From the IMG/VR virus record IMGVR_UViG_3300045988_129435: a stretch of 64,000 bases of DNA; one strand, given 5' to 3'. The position numbers and the translations under genes were made by a program. This DNA comes from a virus. Under the pieces are notes generated by a model that was not told the DNA's origin, searched no databases, and saw only the letters and a program-made list of their open reading frames with translations. Of this stretch, positions 27,303-36,058 are shown piece by piece; within the stretch, counting starts at the first letter, position 1; each line of letters opens with the position of its first letter.

Positions 27303-27348
27303 AAGTCTTTTCGATAGAAATAGTTCCGTGCAACATTACACGGCAATA

Positions 27349-27382
27349 CAAAGATAACAAAAAATGGCGCAGTTAGTGCCAC
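27349..27382 (-). promoter_or_regulatory. Conserved promoter module copy 2 (TGGCA-N9-GCCATTTTTT-GT-TATCTTTG), followed by leader hairpin 27326-27343
   Basis: Read directly upstream of the tape measure ATG. Confidence 0.5.
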
Positions 27383-27451
27383 TATTATAAGAAAAACATA
27401 TTTAATACATTATTTTTTTATCTTTAATTTTGTTTGTATTGTTATATAAAA

Positions 27452-27459
27452 TATATTTG
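27452..27459 (+). promoter_or_regulatory. -7 box TAtaTTTG for the plus-strand two-gene moron
   Basis: Lies 30 nt upstream of the ATG at 27489, with TTTG-containing sequence about 20 nt further upstream. Confidence 0.55.
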
Positions 27460-27488
27460 TACAAACGTTATTGTAAAACTGTAAAAAT

Positions 27489-28613
27489 ATGGATTTCAAG
27501 GATCAAATTTTACAACTGTCAGACCGCATAAAAAAACAAAAAGATAGCATATCTACAGAAGAAGCCACAAAAAATGCTTTCATAATGCCATTGATAGCTT
27601 CTTTAGGTTATGACGTCTTTAATCCTTTCGAAGTTGTTCCGGAAATGGACTGTGACTTAATCAAAAAGAAGGGAGAAAAGATTGACTATGCTATAATGAA
27701 GGACGAAAACCCGATACTTCTTATAGAGTGTAAGCATTGCAAACAAGACTTGAATCTGCATGACACCCAACTACAAAAATATTTCGTAGCCTCTAAGTCT
27801 CGCTTTGGAGTCCTCACCAATGGCATAGAATACCGTTTCTATACCGATTTGGAGAAGGTTAACATTATGGATGAAAGGCCATTCTTAGTTGTAAATATGC
27901 TAGATCTGTCTGATGCAGACATAGAACAGCTGAAAAAATTCCACAAATCTTATTACAATGAAAACAATGTACTTAGCACAGCAAATGAATTAAAATACAC
28001 AACGGAGATAAAGGAAATTTTCAACAAAGAAATACAATCTCCTACATCTGATTTTGTTAGATTCTTTGCAAAACAAATATACACAACCGGGCAAATCACA
28101 CAAAAGGTAGTTGAAATGTTCACCCCGCTTGTAAAAAAGTCAATGTCTATGGTAATAAATGATATCATAGCTGAAAGGCTTAATACAGCAATGAAAAATG
28201 ACGAACAGGTTGAAGACACAACTAATATTTCTAGTAATTTACCTAATTCTCCCAAAGAAAATACAGAAAACAAACTACCTGAAGGGATAGTTTATATGGA
28301 TAAAGAAGCAGGGATTATCACCACACAAGAGGAAATGGATGCTTATAATATCGTGAGAAGCATACTTAGGCGTAGTGTAGACGCTTCACGGATTACATAT
28401 AAAGACTATAAGACTTATTTCGTTATAAGTTTAGACAACAGTCAATGGTATTGGATATGTCGTATTTCTATTGGAGCAAGAAAGAAGCAAATAGGAATAC
28501 CAGTAAACAAATACAAAAGCTGCGACTGGATTCAGATTGATAGCATAGATGATATATTCAAATATGCGGATAGACTTGAAGAATCAATTAAAATGGCAAT
28601 AGAAAAGTTGTAA
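27489..28613 (+). CDS. PD-(D/E)xK nuclease-like protein (type I restriction HsdR N-terminal-domain type) with an uncharacterised C-terminal domain
   Basis: 374 aa. EEATKNAFIMPLIASLGY...KIDYAI...ILLIECKH...GVLTNGIEYRFY matches the HSDR_N pattern, including the D...ExK core. Confidence 0.65.
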   Translation: MDFKDQILQLSDRIKKQKDSISTEEATKNAFIMPLIASLGYDVFNPFEVVPEMDCDLIKKKGEKIDYAIMKDENPILLIECKHCKQDLNLHDTQLQKYFVASKSRFGVLTNGIEYRFYTDLEKVNIMDERPFLVVNMLDLSDADIEQLKKFHKSYYNENNVLSTANELKYTTEIKEIFNKEIQSPTSDFVRFFAKQIYTTGQITQKVVEMFTPLVKKSMSMVINDIIAERLNTAMKNDEQVEDTTNISSNLPNSPKENTENKLPEGIVYMDKEAGIITTQEEMDAYNIVRSILRRSVDASRITYKDYKTYFVISLDNSQWYWICRISIGARKKQIGIPVNKYKSCDWIQIDSIDDIFKYADRLEESIKMAIEKL

Positions 28614-28632
28614 AAATAAAAACTCAATAATT

Positions 28633-29130
28633 ATGAAGAAGAATATTTTATTATTACTGGCGGTGTTTATTTATTCAATAATGGGATTTGCTCAAGAAAA
28701 GAAAGAAGTTATCATTAAAGCTGGTACTGTTGTTCCTTTGGAAGCCATAAGTAATGTTAGAGCCTCTCAAGTACATGAAGGGCAGAATATCGATTTTAAA
28801 GTTTCTAGGGATGTTATTGTAGATAAAATAGTAGCTATTCCTGCTGGAACTATAGCTAAGGGAATAGTATATGAAGCAAAAAGATCGTCATGGTTTGGAA
28901 CTAAAGGAAGATTAGGTATTAAACTACGTTATTTAACTCTTTCATCCGGAGATAATGTAAACTTCTCATCTTCTGAAGTTTATATTACTGGGAAAAATCG
29001 TACTCCTCTATCAGTAGTAATCTTTTGTTTCACATGTCTTCCTCTTCCTTGTGGATCTAAAGCTGAAATGAAAATTGGTTATGAGTTTGATGCATCAGTA
29101 GCTAACAATACTACAATAACTTTAGAGTAA
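28633..29130 (+). CDS. Secreted hypothetical protein
   Basis: 165 aa with signal-like N-terminus MKKNILLLLAVFIYSIMGFAQE. Confidence 0.55.
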   Translation: MKKNILLLLAVFIYSIMGFAQEKKEVIIKAGTVVPLEAISNVRASQVHEGQNIDFKVSRDVIVDKIVAIPAGTIAKGIVYEAKRSSWFGTKGRLGIKLRYLTLSSGDNVNFSSSEVYITGKNRTPLSVVIFCFTCLPLPCGSKAEMKIGYEFDASVANNTTITLE

Positions 29131-29160
29131 TTATTAAAAAATTGTTCAGTTTTACCTATA

Positions 29161-29200
29161 AATCACGAGGATTTTTGTATAACCCCCGTGATTTTTTTAT
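29161..29200 (+). terminator. Rho-independent terminator of the moron
   Basis: ATCACG(A)GG ... CCCCGTGAT stem followed by TTTTTTT (29193-29199). Confidence 0.7.
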
Positions 29201-29233
29201 CCCTAATTTTTAAAATTGTTCTATTCTTCGTAT

Positions 29234-29950
29234 TTAATCCCATTTCATAGCTTTTATCTTTGCCATGTTTTTCGGATCGTCCGCATTTACAAATGTCCTG
29301 TCATTGGAAATACGGGCTTCTTTCTTTTCTTCATCGGTAAGATATACTGAAGTAATAGTATCTGCCATCAACATTTGAAGAAATGAAAAACTAATTTCCC
29401 ACACAATCTGCTGTGGAGTCATGTTGAGCTTTTCACATGCTGGTAATATCAAAGAACCAAATACGCTTTTACCGCCAAAAGTGATAGAATTACCTTTTTT
29501 GTTTTTTATCATTGAGACTTTAGCTAGTTCTTTGCGTTCCCGGTCAATCCCAAAATATTTGATAAACTCATCGGTATTATCTTTAGTAAGCACTATAACA
29601 AGAAGCTGAGACATTTCTTCATTTGAAAGATTGTTTCTCAAAAACTGGCATCTACTATTTACAATTCTGCTATTAAATAGTTCTTCTTTCTTGTTGAGCG
29701 TATGATATGATAGTAGCTGGCAAACAATATCTTTTTTTTCTTGGCATAATCTTAAAGCCTCCATGTATGGGTTTGATTTTATAATATCAGCATTCATATC
29801 AAGGCTTTCAATAAGTCTTGAGAGTAGATACGTTTTGCCTAACGTTATTGGATATAGATAAAAATGTCGCTTATTAACCTGAAAGCCGTATGGCCTTTCC
29901 ATTATGGTATCAGCAATATTCATTTCTATTATTTTTCGATCTTCAATCAT
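29234..29950 (-). CDS. Tail assembly chaperone-like protein, assigned by position
   Basis: 238-aa ORF between the major tail and tape measure genes. Confidence 0.4.
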   Translation of the reverse strand: MIEDRKIIEMNIADTIMERPYGFQVNKRHFYLYPITLGKTYLLSRLIESLDMNADIIKSNPYMEALRLCQEKKDIVCQLLSYHTLNKKEELFNSRIVNSRCQFLRNNLSNEEMSQLLVIVLTKDNTDEFIKYFGIDRERKELAKVSMIKNKKGNSITFGGKSVFGSLILPACEKLNMTPQQIVWEISFSFLQMLMADTITSVYLTDEEKKEARISNDRTFVNADDPKNMAKIKAMKWD

Positions 29951-30151
29951 ATACTATTACCTTTTAGAAAACAAATTGGCTATCTTCACAGACCACCAAT
30001 TTCAGATTTGAACAAAAAGACCTAGAGCGGACTGATGGACCTGCACCATCCCCTTCACTCTGGTAGAGCGACGCACGCCTGTGTGTGCTTAATCCGCAAG
30101 TGTGCATCTATAAAGCAGATGCACAAAGGTTTAAACTATATCTATTGTAAA

Positions 30152-30703
30152 TTATCCGCCTATGCCGGAATTGGGGGCGACTTCAAACTTGTCTCCATCA
30201 CCGTCTTCGTCGTCCGGGTCACACTCTATTTTTGTAATAGATGATCCTGTTGTAGGAGTAACAATAATTTTACCCCATTGAACTTGTTTCTTTTCAGCGG
30301 CATATTTTAAAGCGTCAAATGTATATGCCCACACACCACCATCTGCACTAGTAAACGTATCTTCAACTGACACTGTTGTCTTTTCCATACAAAATCCAGG
30401 AACTTCGGGATCTTCCGGTTGTAGTGCAACAGCATAATTGTGAGCAACTACGCCATCACTGTCGTTGATAGGTCTTTTGCGGCCTTTTGCTGCACGTATG
30501 TTGAGTACAAGGGCATAGGTGTTTTTACCATACTTGACATCTTCATTTTCTCCACCTTCAATTTTGGCTTCTTGTTTGTCGCCTTTTGTTGTTGTCAACT
30601 GTGTGGAATCTTCCACGGGTGTAGGAAGCTCTTCCCATTTGGGCGAAGAAGCATCCAAGTCTTTTACGAAAATTCGGGGTTTACCCCATCCGATTACTGC
30701 CAT
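30152..30703 (-). CDS. Major tail protein
   Basis: 183 aa, positioned after the head-tail connector genes and followed by strong hairpins at 30034-30050 and 30101-30123. Confidence 0.6.
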   Translation of the reverse strand: MAVIGWGKPRIFVKDLDASSPKWEELPTPVEDSTQLTTTKGDKQEAKIEGGENEDVKYGKNTYALVLNIRAAKGRKRPINDSDGVVAHNYAVALQPEDPEVPGFCMEKTTVSVEDTFTSADGGVWAYTFDALKYAAEKKQVQWGKIIVTPTTGSSITKIECDPDDEDGDGDKFEVAPNSGIGG

Positions 30704-30732
30704 AGTTCTATATCACTTAATATAGTTAATAC

Positions 30733-31155
30733 TTATTCGTTATTTATCTCAATGTACAATTTGTTATTAATGAAATGTTCTGTATGTCCGTCCTCAAAAG
30801 GTGTATTTGTAGGACTGGTTTTTTGGCTACATTTTGATGGGGTTGTGTGGTATTCATCTTTTCGTATGGAGATAAGGAATTTGCATAATTCACACAGCTT
30901 ACCTACGCGTAGAGTATCTTTTTCCCACGCCTTTGTTTCCGAATTCCATAAATCACGGACATACACATTGACATTAACATAAGCTCTTTGGATTTGGCCA
31001 CATCCTTCATTGGCAAGTACAGATATAACAATATCCTCTTTGTCTGACTTGTTTGGTCTTCCTCTATCACTTAATTTGCCGGTAACATTCCTTTCAAGGT
31101 CTGTGCCCTTAATTTTGTGATAGACAAACTTAGCTATTTCAATGTCTGATTTCAT
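30733..31155 (-). CDS. Tail completion / neck protein
   Basis: 140-aa ORF, assigned by position. Confidence 0.4.
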   Translation of the reverse strand: MKSDIEIAKFVYHKIKGTDLERNVTGKLSDRGRPNKSDKEDIVISVLANEGCGQIQRAYVNVNVYVRDLWNSETKAWEKDTLRVGKLCELCKFLISIRKDEYHTTPSKCSQKTSPTNTPFEDGHTEHFINNKLYIEINNE

Positions 31156-31616
31156 TATTTAGCAATCTGTCTTTTTAGTTTCTCAAGCATCTTGGGAACT
31201 TGGTCCATCGCCCACAATTCCGTTGATGCAAGTACGTCCTTATTATCCTTCCTTTCCACATATTCAGCATAGTTCATTCCTGCGACTATAACAAGCACAT
31301 AGTCATTAGGATACCTCTTTACAAGTTCCTTGGCCAAGTTTTTACCTACACTTACGCCTTCCGAGCCTTGCTTTATCTGATTGAAGTCTGAGTATTGGAT
31401 AATATTACCGTTATAAGCTATTACATAGCCAACTGAACTTCGCAGGTTACCGGACTGATCATACCAACTTTTATTACCTTCTCTGTCACGTACTCGTGAA
31501 ACACATTGTTCCCCAAGGTAAGACAAAGCGCGTATTGTTAGCCTTTCAACCCGATTTGCTTCTTTCATAAGAACCTTATGAATTTCATCCAGCTTGGTAG
31601 TCATTCTTATGCCCAT
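31155..31616 (-). CDS. HK97 gp10-like head-tail component
   Basis: 153 aa. QSGNLRSSVGYV resembles the gp10-family tGnLr.si motif. Confidence 0.5.
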   Translation of the reverse strand: MGIRMTTKLDEIHKVLMKEANRVERLTIRALSYLGEQCVSRVRDREGNKSWYDQSGNLRSSVGYVIAYNGNIIQYSDFNQIKQGSEGVSVGKNLAKELVKRYPNDYVLVIVAGMNYAEYVERKDNKDVLASTELWAMDQVPKMLEKLKRQIAK

Positions 31617-31620
31617 AATA

Positions 31621-31962
31621 CTAAACCCAAATTTTGCACTGAAGTTGGTAACGATGGAAACCTTTTACTTCAAATTCCCTTTCAATTCCTCCGAGAAGAC
31701 TTATCTTAACCCTGTCACCAATAGTAAAGGTTTGACAATTGCTTGGAAGACATACCGTATATGAATAGCTTCTTACAACACCATCCTCAAACTCTCTTTC
31801 TTCCGCCTTCCCAGAAGGCACGGCATCACAAGGAATTGAGCCTTTCCATTCAGATGAACCTAGATGATAATCACCATTTTCATCTTCATATCCAGAACTA
31901 GATACAAGGTACTGCAAACGGTGAGGTTTTCTATTCAATACAGCCATTTCTACGACAAGCAA
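31621..31962 (-). CDS. Head closure / head-tail joining protein
   Basis: 113 aa, assigned by position. Confidence 0.4.
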   Translation of the reverse strand: MLVVEMAVLNRKPHRLQYLVSSSGYEDENGDYHLGSSEWKGSIPCDAVPSGKAEEREFEDGVVRSYSYTVCLPSNCQTFTIGDRVKISLLGGIEREFEVKGFHRYQLQCKIWV

Positions 31963-32288
31963 TCACCTACATATACCTTTGGCTTTGGTTCCAATTCTAC
32001 CGAAGGTTCACCAATGGTATCGTAGATGGAGTTAACATGCAACAGTATTAGTTTCTTATCTTTATCAGACAAAGCCCCGAAGGACTTGTCTGCTTCAGAG
32101 AAATTGATAGCCTGAACCAAAGACCAAAGACAATCAGCTAGAGCTCCCTGATATTCGTTGGAATGAGATATGTCATAATTAAACTCATCATCGCCATTGA
32201 GATTACGTTTAATCATCACATTCTCTACAAAACCGATAGGGATCGGATAATGTATTTCGTCTATGAGGGCTTGCTGAATTGTCTTCAT
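31950..32288 (-). CDS. Head-tail connector protein
   Basis: 112 aa immediately downstream of the capsid gene. Confidence 0.4.
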   Translation of the reverse strand: MKTIQQALIDEIHYPIPIGFVENVMIKRNLNGDDEFNYDISHSNEYQGALADCLWSLVQAINFSEADKSFGALSDKDKKLILLHVNSIYDTIGEPSVELEPKPKVYVGDCLS

Positions 32289-32291
32289 GAC

Positions 32292-33629
32292 TTACGATGC
32301 TTTATGAGATTCAACCGCCTTTTTCAATGCTTCTTCGTCTGCGTCACTCAATCTGTTGACTGCTGCGATTAGCTTATCATCGGAAACGGTGGAAGTCAGG
32401 TTCTTGCCTGCAATCTTGTTATATTCCGTCACAAACTCCGGCTTTTTGTAAGTTGCTCCCCAAATTGTAATTTTGACATCAGTGGCATCCTTCTCTTCTT
32501 CTGTAGTGTTTACAGTTTGGGCTTCCAGTATATCCAAAGAATAGATTTGGTCTACGTTTTCGATAACCGGCAAACAAATAGCCTGTCCGTTTGTAAATTC
32601 CTGTAACGGATCTGTCTTAGAGTAACGGCTGATCAACTTGTATTCATCAACGGTAGTATATTCCACTCCATTAACAGGATTAGTCGCTTCAGCCAAAGTT
32701 CCCCATACAAAAGAGCCTACATTATCAGCAGAAGGGAGAAATATCAATTTATTCGCGTTCCACGGTTTATAAGATACCCTTTTACCGTTCTTTTCATAAG
32801 TTACTGAACGGTCAATCTTCAGGAATGAGATACCGTTATATTGGTCAGAGAACGCTTCATCAAATAATGTAGAAGTAGGTACAGGCAGCTTAGTCTCATT
32901 ATCAAAGGTTTGTCCTCGATAATTTGCGGCTAATTCTTTAGCCCATTGAGATTGACGCATTTTGTTATATGTAGATAAAGCCAGCATAATGACCGAAATA
33001 CTGTTACCGTCATCATTAGCTTTGCTTATAACTCTCTCGATATCATCTCCTGTAACTTCCCCAGTAGTAACAACGCCAAAACTATGACTAGGTAAATAGC
33101 CGTATTTAACGCGCAAACCAAGACCGGTGTTCTTATCATCATCATCTTCAACAACAATAACCCCATCAGAAAGCCCAGTAAGGAAATTAGCCTCATTTCT
33201 TTCGTCAATACCAACAGAACATGCGGTTCCGTCATCTGTTAAACGAGAGAAAATTCTATTTTTAAGAGATTTTTGCGCTTCTTCCGTAGTGGCATTAGAT
33301 AAATGCGCTTTCATGATATTGATAGCGTTGATCTGAGTTTCTCTCAAAATTTTCTTAATACCAATTTTCGGCAATACTCCACTAGAACGAGCAATAGAGT
33401 CACGTTTCTTTGGAGACAAGGGAGAGTCCATAGCTACCATATCAGCAGCTACATATGTAGTGTTAGCAGATGTGCCTTCCCATTTTTGATCAGGAGAATA
33501 TACCTTAGTAAGCATCGTTTTGTGAAGATAGGTCAAATTCTGGTTTGTTCCATTGATCTTTTCTTTCACATATAGACTCAATTTAGGCCATATTCTTCTT
33601 ACAAATTCAATAAATAATGATTCATTCAT
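32292..33629 (-). CDS. Major capsid protein
   Basis: 445 aa, downstream of the scaffold gene and upstream of the connector genes. Confidence 0.7.
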   Translation of the reverse strand: MNESLFIEFVRRIWPKLSLYVKEKINGTNQNLTYLHKTMLTKVYSPDQKWEGTSANTTYVAADMVAMDSPLSPKKRDSIARSSGVLPKIGIKKILRETQINAINIMKAHLSNATTEEAQKSLKNRIFSRLTDDGTACSVGIDERNEANFLTGLSDGVIVVEDDDDKNTGLGLRVKYGYLPSHSFGVVTTGEVTGDDIERVISKANDDGNSISVIMLALSTYNKMRQSQWAKELAANYRGQTFDNETKLPVPTSTLFDEAFSDQYNGISFLKIDRSVTYEKNGKRVSYKPWNANKLIFLPSADNVGSFVWGTLAEATNPVNGVEYTTVDEYKLISRYSKTDPLQEFTNGQAICLPVIENVDQIYSLDILEAQTVNTTEEEKDATDVKITIWGATYKKPEFVTEYNKIAGKNLTSTVSDDKLIAAVNRLSDADEEALKKAVESHKAS

Positions 33630-33642
33630 CTTTCACCTCCTT

Positions 33643-34044
33643 TTAATCGTGTAAAAAAGTTAGTTGTGGCAATGCCGTTTTTAATTCAGCCTTGATGCTG
33701 TCAATAGGATAAGGACTTGCCACGTCATTCACTTCGCCAGCATACATGATACCAACGAATGGTTTGTCGGCAGGCTTGGAACAAACAACAACACCAACAT
33801 ATTCATGATTGCCTGGCAATGATTCGTAGGCTGTACCTGCAGAATTAACAGGCATTGGCTTATAAGTATCATTTTCTGTATCGCGGATAACGATATGTCC
33901 GGCTTTGATTACAGACTGCTTAAATCCAGTCATGTCCAACGTCCGACCATTCATAATTCCGCCCAAATAGTTACGAATAACAATCGAATCCATTCCGGTT
34001 AGGATTGTTTCTTGTTCGTTGACTAAATCAGCTTTTGCACCCAT
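33643..34044 (-). CDS. Head decoration / auxiliary capsid protein
   Basis: 133-aa ORF between the scaffold and capsid genes. Confidence 0.35.
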   Translation of the reverse strand: MGAKADLVNEQETILTGMDSIVIRNYLGGIMNGRTLDMTGFKQSVIKAGHIVIRDTENDTYKPMPVNSAGTAYESLPGNHEYVGVVVCSKPADKPFVGIMYAGEVNDVASPYPIDSIKAELKTALPQLTFLHD

Positions 34045-34061
34045 TTTTAATTTACTTTTGA

Positions 34062-34778
34062 TTAAAGACCTTTAGCCATTGCTATGACCTCTTCATCGGT
34101 TAATACTTCATTTTCTTCTTGCTTCTTACTTCCTGCACCTGGAGGATTACCTAAACTAGAAAGCCCTGCATCGGCACGTTCTTGGTTGTAAGATTTCAAA
34201 TCTTCCTCAACTTCGGAATAGAATTCTTCAAACTCTTCATCATTTTCAAACTTCATTTTATTGAAAGATTTCAATGTACGAGTACCGAATGTGCCAGCAT
34301 CTTTCAATAAGGATTCAAGTTTTTCTTTACGTGTAGTGGTAACTTTTTCACCTTTCAATGCTGCGATTTCGTCATTCAGTGTTTGTACTGTCTGAACTAA
34401 ACCTTTAGCCCATTCCGGAGCATCATCATTCTTTCCTCTGTTTTTGGGATTTTTGGTGTTTGAACCAGCTTGACGTCTTTGATTGTTCGAAGCTCCGTCG
34501 TCGTCATCGTCATCGTTGTCGTCGTCATCTGTTTCAGGGTGATTTTTCTTCCATTCATCAAGCAAGCGATTGGCTTGTGACTGGCCGAAAGGTAAGTAAC
34601 GTAGTGCGGAGTCAATCTCTTTGTCAATTTCTGCATTTACGTCTTCATCTGAGGCATCATCTGCGGAAGTAAGGTTATCGGCAATCTTGGCAGCAATACC
34701 CTTTAATTCCCTTGAATTGAACCCTAACGCCTTCGCTTTAAGTTTCAATTTTACAAACACTTGTTGTTTTCTGTCCAT
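34062..34778 (-). CDS. Scaffolding protein
   Basis: 238 aa, charged and helical, with a poly-Asp tract DDDNDDDDDDG. Position fits. Confidence 0.6.
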   Translation of the reverse strand: MDRKQQVFVKLKLKAKALGFNSRELKGIAAKIADNLTSADDASDEDVNAEIDKEIDSALRYLPFGQSQANRLLDEWKKNHPETDDDDNDDDDDDGASNNQRRQAGSNTKNPKNRGKNDDAPEWAKGLVQTVQTLNDEIAALKGEKVTTTRKEKLESLLKDAGTFGTRTLKSFNKMKFENDEEFEEFYSEVEEDLKSYNQERADAGLSSLGNPPGAGSKKQEENEVLTDEEVIAMAKGL

Positions 34779-34915
34779 TGTACAATGTTTTAGTTACTAA
34801 AAATAGCCTGCATAGCACGTATGCCAGCAGACTATTCGCTAGAACTTTACTAAACATTAGAGCAATGAGTCTTTACGACAAGTTCTGTGGCGTACGTCTT
34901 CATACGCATCTGCTA

Positions 34916-34949
34916 CAAAGGTAGTAAAAGTGACATTTAAAGAGCCATA
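34916..34949 (-). promoter_or_regulatory. Conserved promoter module copy 3 (ATGGC-N10-GTCACTTTTA-C-TACCTTTG), followed by leader hairpin 34890-34907
   Basis: Read directly upstream of the scaffold gene. Confidence 0.55.
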
Positions 34950-34965
34950 TTCAACGTTAAACTTT

Positions 34966-35011
34966 CATAATAAACGCACGGCACGAAAGTAGTCTTGTAC
35001 TCCGTGCCGTG
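34966..35011 (-). terminator. Terminator-like hairpin after the HTH gene
   Basis: Perfect 9-bp stem CACGGCACG (34977-34985) / CGTGCCGTG (35003-35011), followed on the minus strand by U-rich sequence. Confidence 0.55.
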
Positions 35012-35168
35012 AAACTGAATGTAGTTGTACATCAGCGGTTATTCTTTAAGATATCTATATGCTTTTAGGTATTTGTTTATTCCATTTTCTTTTTCTATCT
35101 TTGCCTCATCATCATGGAATTGGGTGGTTGTGGAGACTGCCCTTTTCTTTTTCCCATAGCTTACCTCC

Positions 35169-35453
35169 TTACTTTCTGGAAGCCTTTGCTAAATACACAA
35201 CTTCCATCTGTTCACTTTCATCAATGGTATTCACTTTCCCCTGCTTCATCCATGCTTCTATTTCAGTACGATCAAAGTACAGCTGCTTTCCATTAGGTTT
35301 ATAGTGCGGTATTTGACGATTACAAGTGAGTTTATACAAGTGACTTTTACTAAGTCCGGTCAATAGTGATGTATCTTCTAATGTCAGCACATTTTTTGCC
35401 GCCAATAGGGTATAAACTAAAATCTGATTAATTTTATCTTCCATATCTTCCAT
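35169..35453 (-). CDS. Excisionase/AlpA-type (HTH_17) DNA-binding protein
   Basis: 94 aa. LTLEDTSLLTGLSKSHLYKLTCNRQIPHYKPNGKQLYFDRTEIEAWM matches the excisionase-family HTH. Confidence 0.75.
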   Translation of the reverse strand: MEDMEDKINQILVYTLLAAKNVLTLEDTSLLTGLSKSHLYKLTCNRQIPHYKPNGKQLYFDRTEIEAWMKQGKVNTIDESEQMEVVYLAKASRK

Positions 35454-35701
35454 TTTTGTGACTTTGGAGCTATGTACACTTGCACTTCTGTCTGTTTAAC
35501 ATGGTGCAAAAATCGGAAAGGAAAGAAAGAAAAAACATTTGCTTTTATTGGGATATACATTGGGAAATATATTAGGCAATACATCAAAAAAGGTAGCCTA
35601 ATCGGTTGCCTCATTAAATATATTACCTATGTCCTTTATCCTTCAGGTGACCGTCACATTGCAAACTTATAAATTTTATAGATGAAATCAAAGGCTAATC
35701 A

Positions 35702-36058
35702 TTATTTTTTTCTAAACGGATTGAAATCAGGGTCTTCTCCTTTTTCCGACTCGTAACCGTCTAGAATAGCATTCGTGTTGGCTTCATCCTGCCATCGTTC
35801 AAAAACCACGCGATCGGATTCATCTTGCCGTTCGCGTTCTTCGGTTGTCATGGAATCATGCTTAGTGGCGATGCGTTTATCGATTTCTGCCCATCGTTCC
35901 TTATCCTTCATAGATTCCTCATGCAGTTTAATGAAATCCTCTTCTTGCATCTCCTCAAAGTTTTCAGTTGTATTCCAGTATTCTACACCTTTGTACTGGA
36001 AATGGATAACTCTACCATTTTTACCACTACGTTCTATAACTTTTACACCTTTTATCAT
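35702..36058 (-). CDS. Hypothetical charged protein downstream of the MuF-ART gene
   Basis: 118 aa with a 4-nt overlap onto the stop of 36055-38745. Confidence 0.55.
   Translation of the reverse strand: MIKGVKVIERSGKNGRVIHFQYKGVEYWNTTENFEEMQEEDFIKLHEESMKDKERWAEIDKRIATKHDSMTTEERERQDESDRVVFERWQDEANTNAILDGYESEKGEDPDFNPFRKK

Noticed and set aside
34490-34535. GAC/GAT-rich trinucleotide run encoding poly-Asp in the scaffold gene
   Set aside because: Acidic tracts are common in scaffolding proteins. It is in frame and short, and there is no evidence of slippage or regulatory use.
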